Assembly (NCBI RefSeq): GCF_000015585.1
Contig: NC_008789.1
Coordinates: forward strand, 1,860,001-1,892,000
Direction of reading: 5' to 3'
Length of the DNA: 32,000 nt
Source of the DNA: Halorhodospira halophila SL1
GTDB lineage: Bacteria; Pseudomonadota; Gammaproteobacteria; Nitrococcales; Halorhodospiraceae
Part shown: positions 1 to 8,701 of the stretch, in pieces
Layout: each line of letters opens with the position of its first letter
Numbering within the stretch: position 1 is the stretch's first letter
Made by a program: the position numbers and the translations under genes
The notes under the pieces: generated by a model
The model's input: only the letters and a program-made list of their open reading frames with translations
What the model was told of the DNA's origin: nothing
The model's database searches: none

Positions 1-2041
1 TGACCTGCGCCGCCGGCTCTGGGCGGGCGAAGTAGAACCCCTGCCCCAGCGGGCACCCCTCCCGGAGCAGGACCTCCTGCTGCTCCCGGGTCTCGATCCC
101 TTCTGCGAGCACCGAGTACCCCAGGCTAAGGCCGAGGTCGATGATCGCCCGGTTGATCTTGATCTGGGTCTGATCCGAAGGCAGGCCCTGCACGAAGGAG
201 CGATCGATCTTGAGCTGGTCGACGGGCAGGCCGCGCAGATAGCTCAGCGACGAGTACCCCGTGCCGAAGTCATCCAGCGCAATCTGCACTCCGCGGGCGC
301 GCAAGGCCTCGAGCTGCGCCACCACGTGGCGATCCTGCTCCATGAGGACGCTCTCGGTGATCTCCAGGGCGAGCACCTCGGGCGGGACACCAGCCTGCGC
401 CAGGGCGTAGTCGACATCCTGGACCAAGCCCCCGGCGATCAACTGTGGCGCAGAAACGTTCACCCCGACACGGCCGAACGCCAATCCGGCATCCCGCCAG
501 ATCCTGGCCTGCTCACAGGCCCGTCGCAGGACCCAGCGACCCAGCTCGCCGATGAGTCCCACACGCTCGGCCACCGGAACGAACTGGGCCGGCGAGACCC
601 AGCCCCGCTCCGGGTGCGCCCAGCGCAACAAGGCCTCCGCCCCGATCCAGCGTCCGCTGGCCAGCTCCGTCTGCAACTGGAAGTGCAGCTCCAGGGCATC
701 CTCGTCGATCGCCTGCCGCAGCTGCGAACCCAGCTCCAGCCGTTCGCGCGCATCGGCGGTCAGTTCTTCGCTGAAGAAGCGCAGACTGACCCCCTCCTGA
801 CGCGCCTGGTACATGGCGGTATCGGCCTGCTGCACAAGCTGTGCGGCGGATCCGGCCGGCTCGGGATAGCTGCTGACACCGACGCGCAAATGGATGCGCA
901 CCTCATGCCCCTGGACCCGAAAGGGGGCCTCGGTTACCTCGAGGAATCGTCTTGCCACCTCTGCGGCGTCGCCGAGGCTCCGCAGGCGAGGCAGCACCAC
1001 GGCGAACTCGTCGCCGCCGAGCCGCGAAACCTGGGCCGCAGCGCTGAGTTCGGCGGGCACACGGACGTGACTCAGCCGCTGCCCCAGCTGCTTGAGCACG
1101 GCATCACCGGCTACGTGGCCGAAGCTGTCGTTGATGGTGCGGAAGTCATTCACATCGATGACCACCAGCGCCACCGGCGCCCACGGCGGCAAGGCGTCCA
1201 GCGTGCGGGCCAGGCGATCCTGGAAGAGCAGCCGGAGCGACTCGCGGTTGGTGACGTCGTGGAGGTTGATCACCCAGGCATTCAAGCCTTCCCAGTCGAT
1301 GGGCTGGGCGCCCATCTCCACGGTACGCACCCCGATGCCGGGGGCAAACAGCTCAACCTGCTGCGGTACTTCACGGGGGATGGCCTGACCGAACCAAGCA
1401 CCGACCAGCTCTTGCGGCTCCTGCCCAAGAAACGTCCCGGCCGCGGCGTTCGCATAGAGGATACGGCCGTCACCGTCAACGATGACGATCCCTTCGGCCG
1501 TCTTGGCCAGCAGCTGGTGGTACTGCCAGTCGCGCTCGCGCAGCGCTTTGCGGACCTCTTCCCGCTCGGTGACGTCTTCGAGGATGTGCAAGGAACAGGA
1601 GTAACGACCCGCCTCATCCACCACCGGATAGGCCCGCGACTGCAGAATGTCGCTGCCATCCACAATCCGATCACAGCGCGCCTGCTGCGGAACATCGCCC
1701 TCCGCGAATCCAGCGGCCTGGGCCTGCATGCTCGCCTCGCATCCGGGCAGCGGCCCCTCCCGTATCGGGAAGACCTCCCAGTAGTAGTGCCCCAGGGCTT
1801 GATTGGCCCGGCAACGGGCCCGCTCGAGGTAGGCCGTGTTGGCCCCGATGATGCGGTAATCGCGATCGTGAACGAAGGCTGCATCGGCAATCGCTTCGAT
1901 GGGGATCGGCCAGCCCTTCGCTCCCTGCTCCGCGTTATCGTGCTCCATCAGATCCACCGCTGCCTTGCCGTTGAGCGGCCCGGCGGCGCCCAGGCGCTGG
2001 GCTGCCGTCGCGGAATCGACCCAGGGGGCACCGCGCGGCAT
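1..2041 (-). CDS. PAS-PAS-GGDEF-EAL c-di-GMP turnover protein; the C-terminal end runs off the left window edge
   Basis: Absent from the ORF track because its stop lies left of position 1. My reverse-strand translation from the ATG at 2041..2039 stays open to position 1. It reads MPRGAPWVD..., VIDVNDFRTINDSFGH, RLGGDEFAVVL (GGDEF), then EALLRW, LDDFGTGYSSLSYL, KIDRSFV and GQGFYFARP (EAL). The start codon choice is tentative. Confidence 0.85.
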   Translation of the reverse strand, partial: MPRGAPWVDSATAAQRLGAAGPLNGKAAVDLMEHDNAEQGAKGWPIPIEAIADAAFVHDRDYRIIGANTAYLERARCRANQALGHYYWEVFPIREGPLPGCEASMQAQAAGFAEGDVPQQARCDRIVDGSDILQSRAYPVVDEAGRYSCSLHILEDVTEREEVRKALRERDWQYHQLLAKTAEGIVIVDGDGRILYANAAAGTFLGQEPQELVGAWFGQAIPREVPQQVELFAPGIGVRTVEMGAQPIDWEGLNAWVINLHDVTNRESLRLLFQDRLARTLDALPPWAPVALVVIDVNDFRTINDSFGHVAGDAVLKQLGQRLSHVRVPAELSAAAQVSRLGGDEFAVVLPRLRSLGDAAEVARRFLEVTEAPFRVQGHEVRIHLRVGVSSYPEPAGSAAQLVQQADTAMYQARQEGVSLRFFSEELTADARERLELGSQLRQAIDEDALELHFQLQTELASGRWIGAEALLRWAHPERGWVSPAQFVPVAERVGLIGELGRWVLRRACEQARIWRDAGLAFGRVGVNVSAPQLIAGGLVQDVDYALAQAGVPPEVLALEITESVLMEQDRHVVAQLEALRARGVQIALDDFGTGYSSLSYLRGLPVDQLKIDRSFVQGLPSDQTQIKINRAIIDLGLSLGYSVLAEGIETREQQEVLLREGCPLGQGFYFARPEPAAQV

Positions 2042-2124
2042 GCAGCAAAACGCCCTTGAGGGCAAAGGCGCCCGCAGCCGCCAGCACCACACCCCAAGCC
2101 ATGCCGTCCATGCCAACGCCTCAC

Positions 2125-2874
2125 TCAGCCCAGCCCGCGAACACCGTCCGCGATAACCGCCATGGCGGATAGCGTACACAGGATCAGGAGAATCGGTCGA
2201 ATCCGCCCGGCATCCACCCAGTGGAGGATCGAGCCGGAGATCAACAGTCCCAGCAGCGCCGCCGGTGTCACCGCCAGGGAGAGCAGCAGTTCGTCATGGC
2301 CGAAATACCCGAGCAGGACCATACCCAACAGGGAGACCACCGAGCCGACCAGGAAATACCCCCCCAGATTGGCCCGGATGTGCGGCCCGCGGGCGTGCTG
2401 GTAGAGTAGCGCCATCGGCGGGCCGCCCACCGAGGTGGCTGTGCCCATGAAGCCTGAGAGGAACCCGGCGCCCAGCAGGCGATTGCGGGTGGGGCGGATA
2501 TCACCGGGCAGCAGGCTGACCACCACACCCAGCAGCACGGCCATACCGAGTATCAGGGACAGGATCCACTGCGAGGCCACCGCGAGCAGCCAGAACGCCG
2601 CCACCATCCCTGGCATGCGACCGACAACCGCGGCACCCAGCTCACCGATCGCCAGCCCGGCACGGTTGCGCCAGAGGATGATCGCCGAGATCACCATGGC
2701 CACAAAGAGCACCGGGCCGGGTATGAAAGCGGGATCGATCAGGAACAGCAGCGGGGCCGCGAAGATCGCTAGCCCGAAGCCCAGCGCGCCCTGGAGCAGA
2801 CTCCCGGTGGCCACCAGCAGGGAGGCGAGGAAGAGCTCAAGGGGCGTCAGGGGCAAAGCGGTCTCCGGAGGCAC
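2125..2874 (-). CDS. TauE/SafE (DUF81) family anion/sulfite exporter-type permease
   Basis: 249-aa ORF, hydrophobic throughout with about 7-8 predicted TM helices. Gly-rich helices (LLQGALGFGLAIFAAPLL, GTATSVGGPPMALL) are typical of DUF81/TauE. GTG start with no clear SD. Confidence 0.8.
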   Translation of the reverse strand: MPPETALPLTPLELFLASLLVATGSLLQGALGFGLAIFAAPLLFLIDPAFIPGPVLFVAMVISAIILWRNRAGLAIGELGAAVVGRMPGMVAAFWLLAVASQWILSLILGMAVLLGVVVSLLPGDIRPTRNRLLGAGFLSGFMGTATSVGGPPMALLYQHARGPHIRANLGGYFLVGSVVSLLGMVLLGYFGHDELLLSLAVTPAALLGLLISGSILHWVDAGRIRPILLILCTLSAMAVIADGVRGLG

Positions 2875-2980
2875 TGTGAAGGCGGGAGTCTACCATCCCG
2901 CCACACCCCGGGATGTCCGGCCTGGCCGCGCTCAGCGCACCATCAGGCGATGAACCCAGCGGTGCACCCGGCCGCCGTAG

Positions 2981-3031
2981 GGCGGTCCCGCGCAAGGGGC
3001 GCTGTTCCAGCGCCCCTTGCGCGGGACCGCC
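2981..3031. repeat. Perfect 24-bp inverted repeat with a 3-nt loop, in the spacer downstream of the helicase operon
   Basis: GGCGGTCCCGCGCAAGGGGCGCTG - TTC - CAGCGCCCCTTGCGCGGGACCGCC, read directly. It sits between the helicase stop (3181) and the TauE start (2874). No U-tract follows it on the minus strand. Confidence 0.85.
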
Positions 3032-3180
3032 TTCTCGTTGGAGAAGGTCCGGAAGCCTTCGAGGCCGTGGCAAATGTGAAGCGGTTCTGCTCCGGCATCA
3101 AAAGCAGAAAGAGCACACCCCCGCCCTTTGCGAACTTCCTGAGCACCTTCCCCCTCTCCCCCCTCCCTCCTCGCAACGCG

Positions 3181-5607
3181 CTACTGCAGGGCCTCGCCCG
3201 CGCCCAGGTGGACAGCCCGATGGCCGGTCATCAAAAGCTCGAGCACGGTCAGCGCCGCCGCCTTGGGCGACTGCCCCCGGGTCTCCTCCGAGGCCAGGAC
3301 CGGCCCGACACACGCCGGACAACCGAAACCACACTCGCACCCCTGAACCAGCTCGTGGGCATCGGCAACCACCGCGGCGCGCTGATCGAAAAGCGGTGCC
3401 GAGAGCCCGACACCGCCCGGGTAGTTGTCGTAGAGGAAAACCGCCGGCTGGAAACGCTCCGCATGCTCCACCCCGCGCTCCACGCCGCTGGCGTCACGGA
3501 TCTGGCCGCGACCGCGAGGGCCGGTGACAGCGAACCACTCGGCATCGCCGTCGCCGACCGCCCGGCCCAGATCGCCCGGTTCCGACATCAGGCGCAGGGC
3601 GGCCACGTGGTGGAGGGCATAGGCCGCACCGAGGAACCCGTCGAGGGCCTGGTGACGAGCGGTAAAGGCCGCCTCCAGGGCGCCGGGCTCGATGGTCCAC
3701 CAGGCCGCCGTGGTGTGCATCTCCTGGTCGGGGAGCTCGATGTCCCCGAAGCCGATGTTCTCGTGCGTGTAGTAGCGAATCTTCTTGTAGCCGGCGATGC
3801 GCCGGACCAAGTGGACCTCGCCGTGGGCGGCTTCCGCTTCGCCGCCGCGCTGCCCCTCGAAGCGTTCCAGGATCTTCAGCCGGGTGTAATCGATGGCGTC
3901 GGTGTAGTAATCGGCCCGCGTCTCGCGGACGAACGCCTTACGGCCTTCCCAGTCGAGGCGCTCCACCTGATAGGGGCGCGCCTGGATCATGTAGATCGCC
4001 CCCTCGTAGAGGGTCATCGGGGCGGCGGTGTAGTCCACCTCGGCAATCACCCGCTGGGCGCCGTCGGTGGTATCGATCACCACGAAGTTGCCGTCACTGA
4101 CCGAACGCAGGCTGACGTCATTGGCCGGGTAGCTGTCTGCAACCCAGTGCCACCGCTCCCCCTCCCGGTACAGCAGCCCCTGCTCGACCAGGTAGTCGAG
4201 CAGCTCTTCGAGATCCTCGCCGCCGAACTGCTCCCCTTGCCGAAAGGGCAGCTCGAAGGCCGCACACCGCACGTGATCGAGGAGGATCAGGAGCTGATCG
4301 GGGTCGATCCGGGCGTGCTCAGGCGAAGCGCCGAGAAAGAAATCCGGATTGCGCACCATGTACTGATCCAGCGGCTCACTGGTGGCCACCACTACCCCGA
4401 GGGCTGTGCGATTGCGCCGCCCGGCCCGCCCGAGCCGCTGCCAGGTCCCGGCGATGGTACCGGGATAGCCATTGAGCACGGCCACATCGAGACTGCCGAT
4501 ATCCACCCCGAGTTCGAGCGCCGAGGTGGCCACCACGCAGTCGACACCGCCACCCCGCAGGGCCCGCTCGGTCTCCCGCCGCTCGGCGGGCAGGTACCCC
4601 CCGCGGTAGGCGGCCACCCGCGGAGGCCGGCGCGGATCGCGGTCGAAGACATCCTTGAGGTACTTGGTCAGCACTTCGACCATCAGGCGGCTGCGCGCGA
4701 AGAGGATGGCCTTCAGACCGCTGCGCACAGCCAGCCGGGCGATCCGTGTCGTCTGCGAGCGCGCCGAAGCCCGAATGCCCAGGTCGGGGTCGATCACCGG
4801 CGGGTTCCACAGCAGCAGGCGCTTCTCACCCGCCGGGGCCCCGCTTTCGGTGATCGCCTCGATCCCGGCCTCGCCGATCAGCCGTCCGGCCAGCTCCCCG
4901 GGGTTGGCGATGGTCGCCGAGGTGAAGATGAACACCGGGTCAGCGCCGTAGAAGCGGCAGACCCGGCGCAGGCGTCGGAACAGATTGGCGACGTGGGAGC
5001 CGAACACACCCCGGTAGGTGTGCATCTCGTCGACCACCACGTAGCGCAGCTGCTCAAACAACTGTGCCCACTTGGTGTGGTGGGGCAGCACCCCCTGGTG
5101 GAGCATGTCCGGATTGGAGACGACGACGTCGCCGCGGGTCCGCACCGCCTTGCGGGCATCCCCGGGCGTGTCGCCATCGAAGGTATAGGCCCGTACGCCC
5201 AACCCGCCGGCCTGGTTGAGCTCGTGCAGCTCGGCGACCTGATCCTGGGCCAGGGCCTTGGTCGGAAACAGATAGAGGGCCTTGCCACTGCCGGTTAGCG
5301 CCTCGTGCAGGACCGGCAGGTTGTAGCAGAGCGTTTTCCCGGATGCGGTCGGGGTGACCACCACCGTATGCTGGCCGGCGCGGATCCGGTCCCACGCCTG
5401 CCGCTGGTGGCTATAGAGCTGCTCGATGCCCCGCTGTCGCAACGCCTCGGCCACGGGCGGGGCAAGGTCCTCGGGCAACGATGCGGTGCGTGCCGGCCGG
5501 GCGGGCAACACCAGCTCACCGGCGATCCGCTCGTGGTAGCGACGCTGCAGCCGCTCGGCCACCGCCCGGACCGGATCCTGGTCACCCTCTGTGTGCTTGC
5601 CCACCAC
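3181..5607 (-). CDS. MrfA/YprA-like (COG1205-type) DEXH-box helicase with a C-terminal DUF1998 metal-binding Cys cluster
   Basis: 808-aa ORF. Walker A is VVVTPTASGKTLCY and motif II is VVVDEMHTY. Helicase C-terminal motifs include ATSALELGVDIG and QRLGRAGRR. The C-terminal cluster is VQGCECGFGCPACVG. A GAGGAGG SD lies directly upstream of the tandem GTG GTG start. Confidence 0.85.
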   Translation of the reverse strand: MVGKHTEGDQDPVRAVAERLQRRYHERIAGELVLPARPARTASLPEDLAPPVAEALRQRGIEQLYSHQRQAWDRIRAGQHTVVVTPTASGKTLCYNLPVLHEALTGSGKALYLFPTKALAQDQVAELHELNQAGGLGVRAYTFDGDTPGDARKAVRTRGDVVVSNPDMLHQGVLPHHTKWAQLFEQLRYVVVDEMHTYRGVFGSHVANLFRRLRRVCRFYGADPVFIFTSATIANPGELAGRLIGEAGIEAITESGAPAGEKRLLLWNPPVIDPDLGIRASARSQTTRIARLAVRSGLKAILFARSRLMVEVLTKYLKDVFDRDPRRPPRVAAYRGGYLPAERRETERALRGGGVDCVVATSALELGVDIGSLDVAVLNGYPGTIAGTWQRLGRAGRRNRTALGVVVATSEPLDQYMVRNPDFFLGASPEHARIDPDQLLILLDHVRCAAFELPFRQGEQFGGEDLEELLDYLVEQGLLYREGERWHWVADSYPANDVSLRSVSDGNFVVIDTTDGAQRVIAEVDYTAAPMTLYEGAIYMIQARPYQVERLDWEGRKAFVRETRADYYTDAIDYTRLKILERFEGQRGGEAEAAHGEVHLVRRIAGYKKIRYYTHENIGFGDIELPDQEMHTTAAWWTIEPGALEAAFTARHQALDGFLGAAYALHHVAALRLMSEPGDLGRAVGDGDAEWFAVTGPRGRGQIRDASGVERGVEHAERFQPAVFLYDNYPGGVGLSAPLFDQRAAVVADAHELVQGCECGFGCPACVGPVLASEETRGQSPKAAALTVLELLMTGHRAVHLGAGEALQ

Positions 5608-5672
5608 ACCTCCTCTTCACGCGGCGCCGCGAGCCCTGAGCCTAAGCACTGCGCCGAGCGGCGTAAACGGAT

Positions 5673-7760
5673 TCAGTCGGTGACGACCTCGTGGCCCTGC
5701 AAGGCGGCCAGGTAGTCGCCGACCACCCGGGTGCGCAGCCGCTTGTCGGGCGTCTCGCCCCGATGCAGCGCCGCCCCGGCGGCGATCGAGTGCTCCGGCT
5801 GCGCCTCGGCCAGAAAGCGCGAGGCCACCGCCCGGTGCGGATCAAACTGCTCGGCCCGCCCACCGCGCAGGGCCCGCTCCAGCCGCGGATCTTGCGGGTG
5901 CACCAGATACAGCCGGTGCTGCGCGCGGGTCACCGCCACGTAGAACAGGCGGCGCTCTGCCTCCAGATCCGCCGCGGTGGCCTCTCCGACGCCGTAGGGG
6001 AAGGTACCCTCGGCCAGACCGGGCACGATGACGACCGGCCACTCCAGCCCCTTGGCCCGGTGGATCGAGGTCACGCGCACGGCCTGCTCCGGCGGGGCGT
6101 CCTGCCATTGCGCCGAGCGGGCGATGAGTTCGTCGCACCGCTCCAGGAACTCGGTCAGCCCCCATCCTCCGCTGGCAGCAAAACGGCGCAGGGCATCGAC
6201 CATCATGCTGCGATCCGTGGCTGCCTCGGCGCTGGGCGAGCCACTGGCGATGGCCTCGTAGAGCGACAGTTCCGAGACGATCTCATCCAGCACATCCGCC
6301 ACCGGATCGTCGCCATGGAACGCCCCCAGACACTCGAGCGAGGCCACCCGTTGGCGCAGCCGTCGACCCTTCCAGCGCGGCAGGTCTTCGGCCGCCCGGG
6401 ACAGGCTGCGGATCAGCGGCAGCCGTGCATCGGCGTACCCCTGAGCGACCGCCTGTGCCTCGGGCCGGCGCAGGCCGGCTACCGGCAGCATCAGCATCTC
6501 GGTCAGCAGCTCGGCCGGCCCAGCGCCGTCCGGCAGGGGGTCACGCAGGAGCCCCGCGGCATGGCGCAGATAGCCGAGCAACGCACGAACCTCCCGCCGC
6601 TGGAACAGCCCCGCACGCCCCTCGAGACGCAATGGCACGCCGGCCTCGAGGAGTTCCAGCTCCAGCGGCGCGGCCAGACTGTAGAGGCGCACCAGCACCG
6701 CCACATCGGACAACCGACCTCCGGTCGCGCGGTGCTCGGCGAGGATGCGCCGATAGAGTTCCGGATCGCTGTCGGTACAGCGACGAACCTCAGTGGCCGG
6801 ATTCCGGGGCGCGGCCAGGCACAGCTTGCCATCCCGCTGCCGATTGCGGACCACCGTGTGATTACCCAGCAGCGCCACCGCATGACCGAAGCGGAACGTA
6901 TGCGGCAGGGTATAGCTGGCAGCCCCCGGGAAGTCCTCGTCGAAGCGGCGCACGATGTACTCCGGTCGCGCCCCCCGCCACTGGTAAACGCACTGATCCG
7001 GATCCCCGACGACCATCACCGCGGCACGGTCACCGGCGATGCAACGGATCAGCTGCTGCTGAGCCTCGTTAACGTCCTGATACTCGTCGATGATGACGTG
7101 GTCGAAGTGGTTCCGGAACCGCCGCGCCAGGGCATCATCCGCCAGCAGGGCCTGGACCGGCTCGTGGATCAGATCGTTGAGCAGACGCACGTTTTGATCA
7201 TCGCGCAACGCCTCGAAGCGGCGGAACGCCTCCAGGTAGTGGCCGGGGAGTGCCGCTCCCAGCAGGCGGGGCGCCTCGGCGTGGATGACGGCCGCCTCGC
7301 GGGTGTCCGCCTTGACCACGTCGACGAAGGCCAGGAACGCGTCGACGGCCTCGTCCTCCACGGCCTCCGCCTCGTCCCGGTTCTCCAGCGCCGCCTCCAG
7401 CGCCGTGCGGGCCAGCTTGCGGGCCACCCAGTCGGCGCTCTCCAAGCGCCGCCGCGGCACCACACCCTCGGCCTCGAGTCGCTGCAACAGCCGATATCCG
7501 GCACTGTGGAATGTCTGTACCGAAACCCGGGCCTGGCAGCCGGCCTCCCGGATGGCTACGGCCAATCGCCGCTCGAAATCTTCGCGGGCCGAGCGATTGA
7601 ACATCAGGACCCGGATGCGCGCCGAATCGGCGCCGCGGCGCAGCAATTCCACCACCCGCGCGACCAGGGTCGCTGTCTTGCCGGAACCGGCCGCAGCACT
7701 GACCCGGGCGTGCCCACCCGGGTGCTCGATGACCTGCCGCTGTTCGGGGGTTAAAGCCAC
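5673..7760 (-). CDS. UvrD/Rep/PcrA-family (SF1A) DNA helicase, divergent from canonical UvrD
   Basis: 695-aa ORF. Motif I is AAAGSGKTATLV and motif II is VIIDEYQDVNEAQ. Also present are VGDPDQCVYQWRGA and a motif VI-like TSIHRAKGLEWPVVIV followed by RRLFYVAVTRA. The N-terminus does not match housekeeping UvrD or Rep as I remember them. Confidence 0.85.
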   Translation of the reverse strand: MALTPEQRQVIEHPGGHARVSAAAGSGKTATLVARVVELLRRGADSARIRVLMFNRSAREDFERRLAVAIREAGCQARVSVQTFHSAGYRLLQRLEAEGVVPRRRLESADWVARKLARTALEAALENRDEAEAVEDEAVDAFLAFVDVVKADTREAAVIHAEAPRLLGAALPGHYLEAFRRFEALRDDQNVRLLNDLIHEPVQALLADDALARRFRNHFDHVIIDEYQDVNEAQQQLIRCIAGDRAAVMVVGDPDQCVYQWRGARPEYIVRRFDEDFPGAASYTLPHTFRFGHAVALLGNHTVVRNRQRDGKLCLAAPRNPATEVRRCTDSDPELYRRILAEHRATGGRLSDVAVLVRLYSLAAPLELELLEAGVPLRLEGRAGLFQRREVRALLGYLRHAAGLLRDPLPDGAGPAELLTEMLMLPVAGLRRPEAQAVAQGYADARLPLIRSLSRAAEDLPRWKGRRLRQRVASLECLGAFHGDDPVADVLDEIVSELSLYEAIASGSPSAEAATDRSMMVDALRRFAASGGWGLTEFLERCDELIARSAQWQDAPPEQAVRVTSIHRAKGLEWPVVIVPGLAEGTFPYGVGEATAADLEAERRLFYVAVTRAQHRLYLVHPQDPRLERALRGGRAEQFDPHRAVASRFLAEAQPEHSIAAGAALHRGETPDKRLRTRVVGDYLAALQGHEVVTD

Positions 7761-7763
7761 GGG

Positions 7764-8345
7764 TTAGCGCGGCCTGAGGACCAGACGGCCCGGCTCGACC
7801 CGTACCTCTGCGGGGACCCGGCCCAGCACCCGTCCGGTGGCGCTCTCGCGCTCGATCTCGTAGACCGGGGTCCGCTCCAGGTGCTCCCCCACCAGCCCGA
7901 CCACCGGCTCGACCAGCTCCGTCACCTCACCGTTGAACCAACGCGACTCCACCCGGCTGCTCACCAACTCCAGCTCCCGGATATAGATGGCCCCGTCTTC
8001 ATGCTCGTAGTCCGGCAAGCCGCGCAGTCGCAGGGCCACACCAGCCGATTCCTGCCCCATCAACAGATCCACGCCGGCCCGCCCGAGGATATCGAGCTGG
8101 ATCCGGTCCGGCGCCTCTTCCGGTCCGAGGGTCACATCGGCCGTCCGCACGGAGAAGTCGAAGGCCGCCAGCGGACTCTGCAGGCGCACGTCCTGCAAGG
8201 CTTCCAGGCGTGTATCCAAGTGCGCCTGGACCTCGTCCTGATTGACCGAATAACTCACCAGCTGCGCGCAACCGCCCAGGATCATGAGCAGCAGCGCGAG
8301 CAGCGCACCATGCAGCGCTCGCATCGGGGATCGCTGACGATTCAA
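7764..8345 (-). CDS. YceB/DUF1439-family lipoprotein
   Basis: Signal peptide plus lipobox LLLMILGGC|AQ. Aligns by eye to E. coli YceB: GCAQLVSYSVNQDEVQAHL versus GCNQLTQYTITEQEINQSL, and LRGLPDYEHEDGAIYIRELELV versus LKALPVFDKEKGAIFLKEMEVV. I place the start at TTG 8345, which has an AAGGAGG SD 8 nt upstream, rather than at the track start 8435. ATG 8324 is an alternative. Confidence 0.75.
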   Translation of the reverse strand: MNRQRSPMRALHGALLALLLMILGGCAQLVSYSVNQDEVQAHLDTRLEALQDVRLQSPLAAFDFSVRTADVTLGPEEAPDRIQLDILGRAGVDLLMGQESAGVALRLRGLPDYEHEDGAIYIRELELVSSRVESRWFNGEVTELVEPVVGLVGEHLERTPVYEIERESATGRVLGRVPAEVRVEPGRLVLRPR

Positions 8346-8465
8346 TAGAACCACCTCCTTTCGCGAGGCCAGGGGCGGGATGGCACAACGCGCATCCGAC
8401 GCCGGGGAGGCACCCAGTATAAAGGGTTTCGGCAAGGAGGCGGGCGTTGGGCGGGGCGGTCGTCC

Positions 8466-8494
8466 TTGACCACCCCGCCCCTTGCCCCTACATT
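8466..8494 (+). promoter_or_regulatory. Candidate sigma70-type promoter for the nuclease/ATPase/sprT operon
   Basis: TTGACC (8466..8471), a 17-nt spacer, then TACATT (8489..8494). This implies a leader of about 200 nt before the ATG at 8702. Sequence match only. Confidence 0.35.
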
Positions 8495-8632
8495 CGGGAA
8501 GGAAACTGCCGCGGGATCTCCCTATCCCGCACCCCTATCGGGCTCTCACTCCGTTTTTCCGGGGGTCGGCAACGTCCTTTTGCCGAATGCGGGGTTAACG
8601 GTACCCGAGCCCCTGCCCCCTGGGGATGGGAA

Positions 8633-8660
8633 GATGCCATTCTATGCATAGGATTGCATC
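8633..8660. promoter_or_regulatory. 28-bp near-perfect palindrome, a candidate operator, in an AT-rich patch of the divergent control region
   Basis: GATGCCATTCTATGCATAGGATTGCATC. 12 of 14 positions are self-complementary and the core CTATGCATAG is perfect. It lies about 40-75 nt upstream of the phosphoesterase start. Confidence 0.4.
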
Positions 8661-8701
8661 TGACCATCGGCAAGCCGTCCTTGCCACCTGCCAGTGTTAG
8701 C

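Noticed and set aside
326-2059. 577-aa plus-strand ORF covering the left end of the window
   Set aside because: It is the antisense shadow of the minus-strand PAS-GGDEF-EAL gene. Its translation is Arg/Pro/Gly/Leu-rich with no motifs. The opposite strand reads clean GGDEF and EAL signatures in an open frame.
2943-3176. 77-aa minus-strand ORF following the SD-like polypurine tract, with a short hydrophobic stretch GGGVLFLLLM
   Set aside because: Most of the ORF is Arg/Ala/Pro low-complexity and it runs straight through the 24-bp perfect palindrome. Another frame that looked protein-like (HICHGLEGFRTFSNEK...) has no usable start codon.
2950-7754. Very long plus-strand ORFs (2950..5298, 782 aa; 5691..7754, 687 aa)
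   Set aside because: These are typical high-GC antisense ORFs opposite the two helicase genes. They are low-complexity, have no motifs and no SD. The minus-strand frames carry complete helicase motif sets.
8447-8701. TTG-initiated 85-codon 5' extension of the phosphoesterase ORF
   Set aside because: The extension spans the predicted promoter and the AT-rich palindrome, and it reads as non-protein-like. Phosphoesterases of this type start a few residues before the GDxHxG motif.
8346-8701. SOS (LexA) box in the divergent repair-gene control region
   Set aside because: No CTGT-N8-ACAG or close variant was found by eye. Isolated CTGT or ACAG tetramers lack the correct partner spacing.
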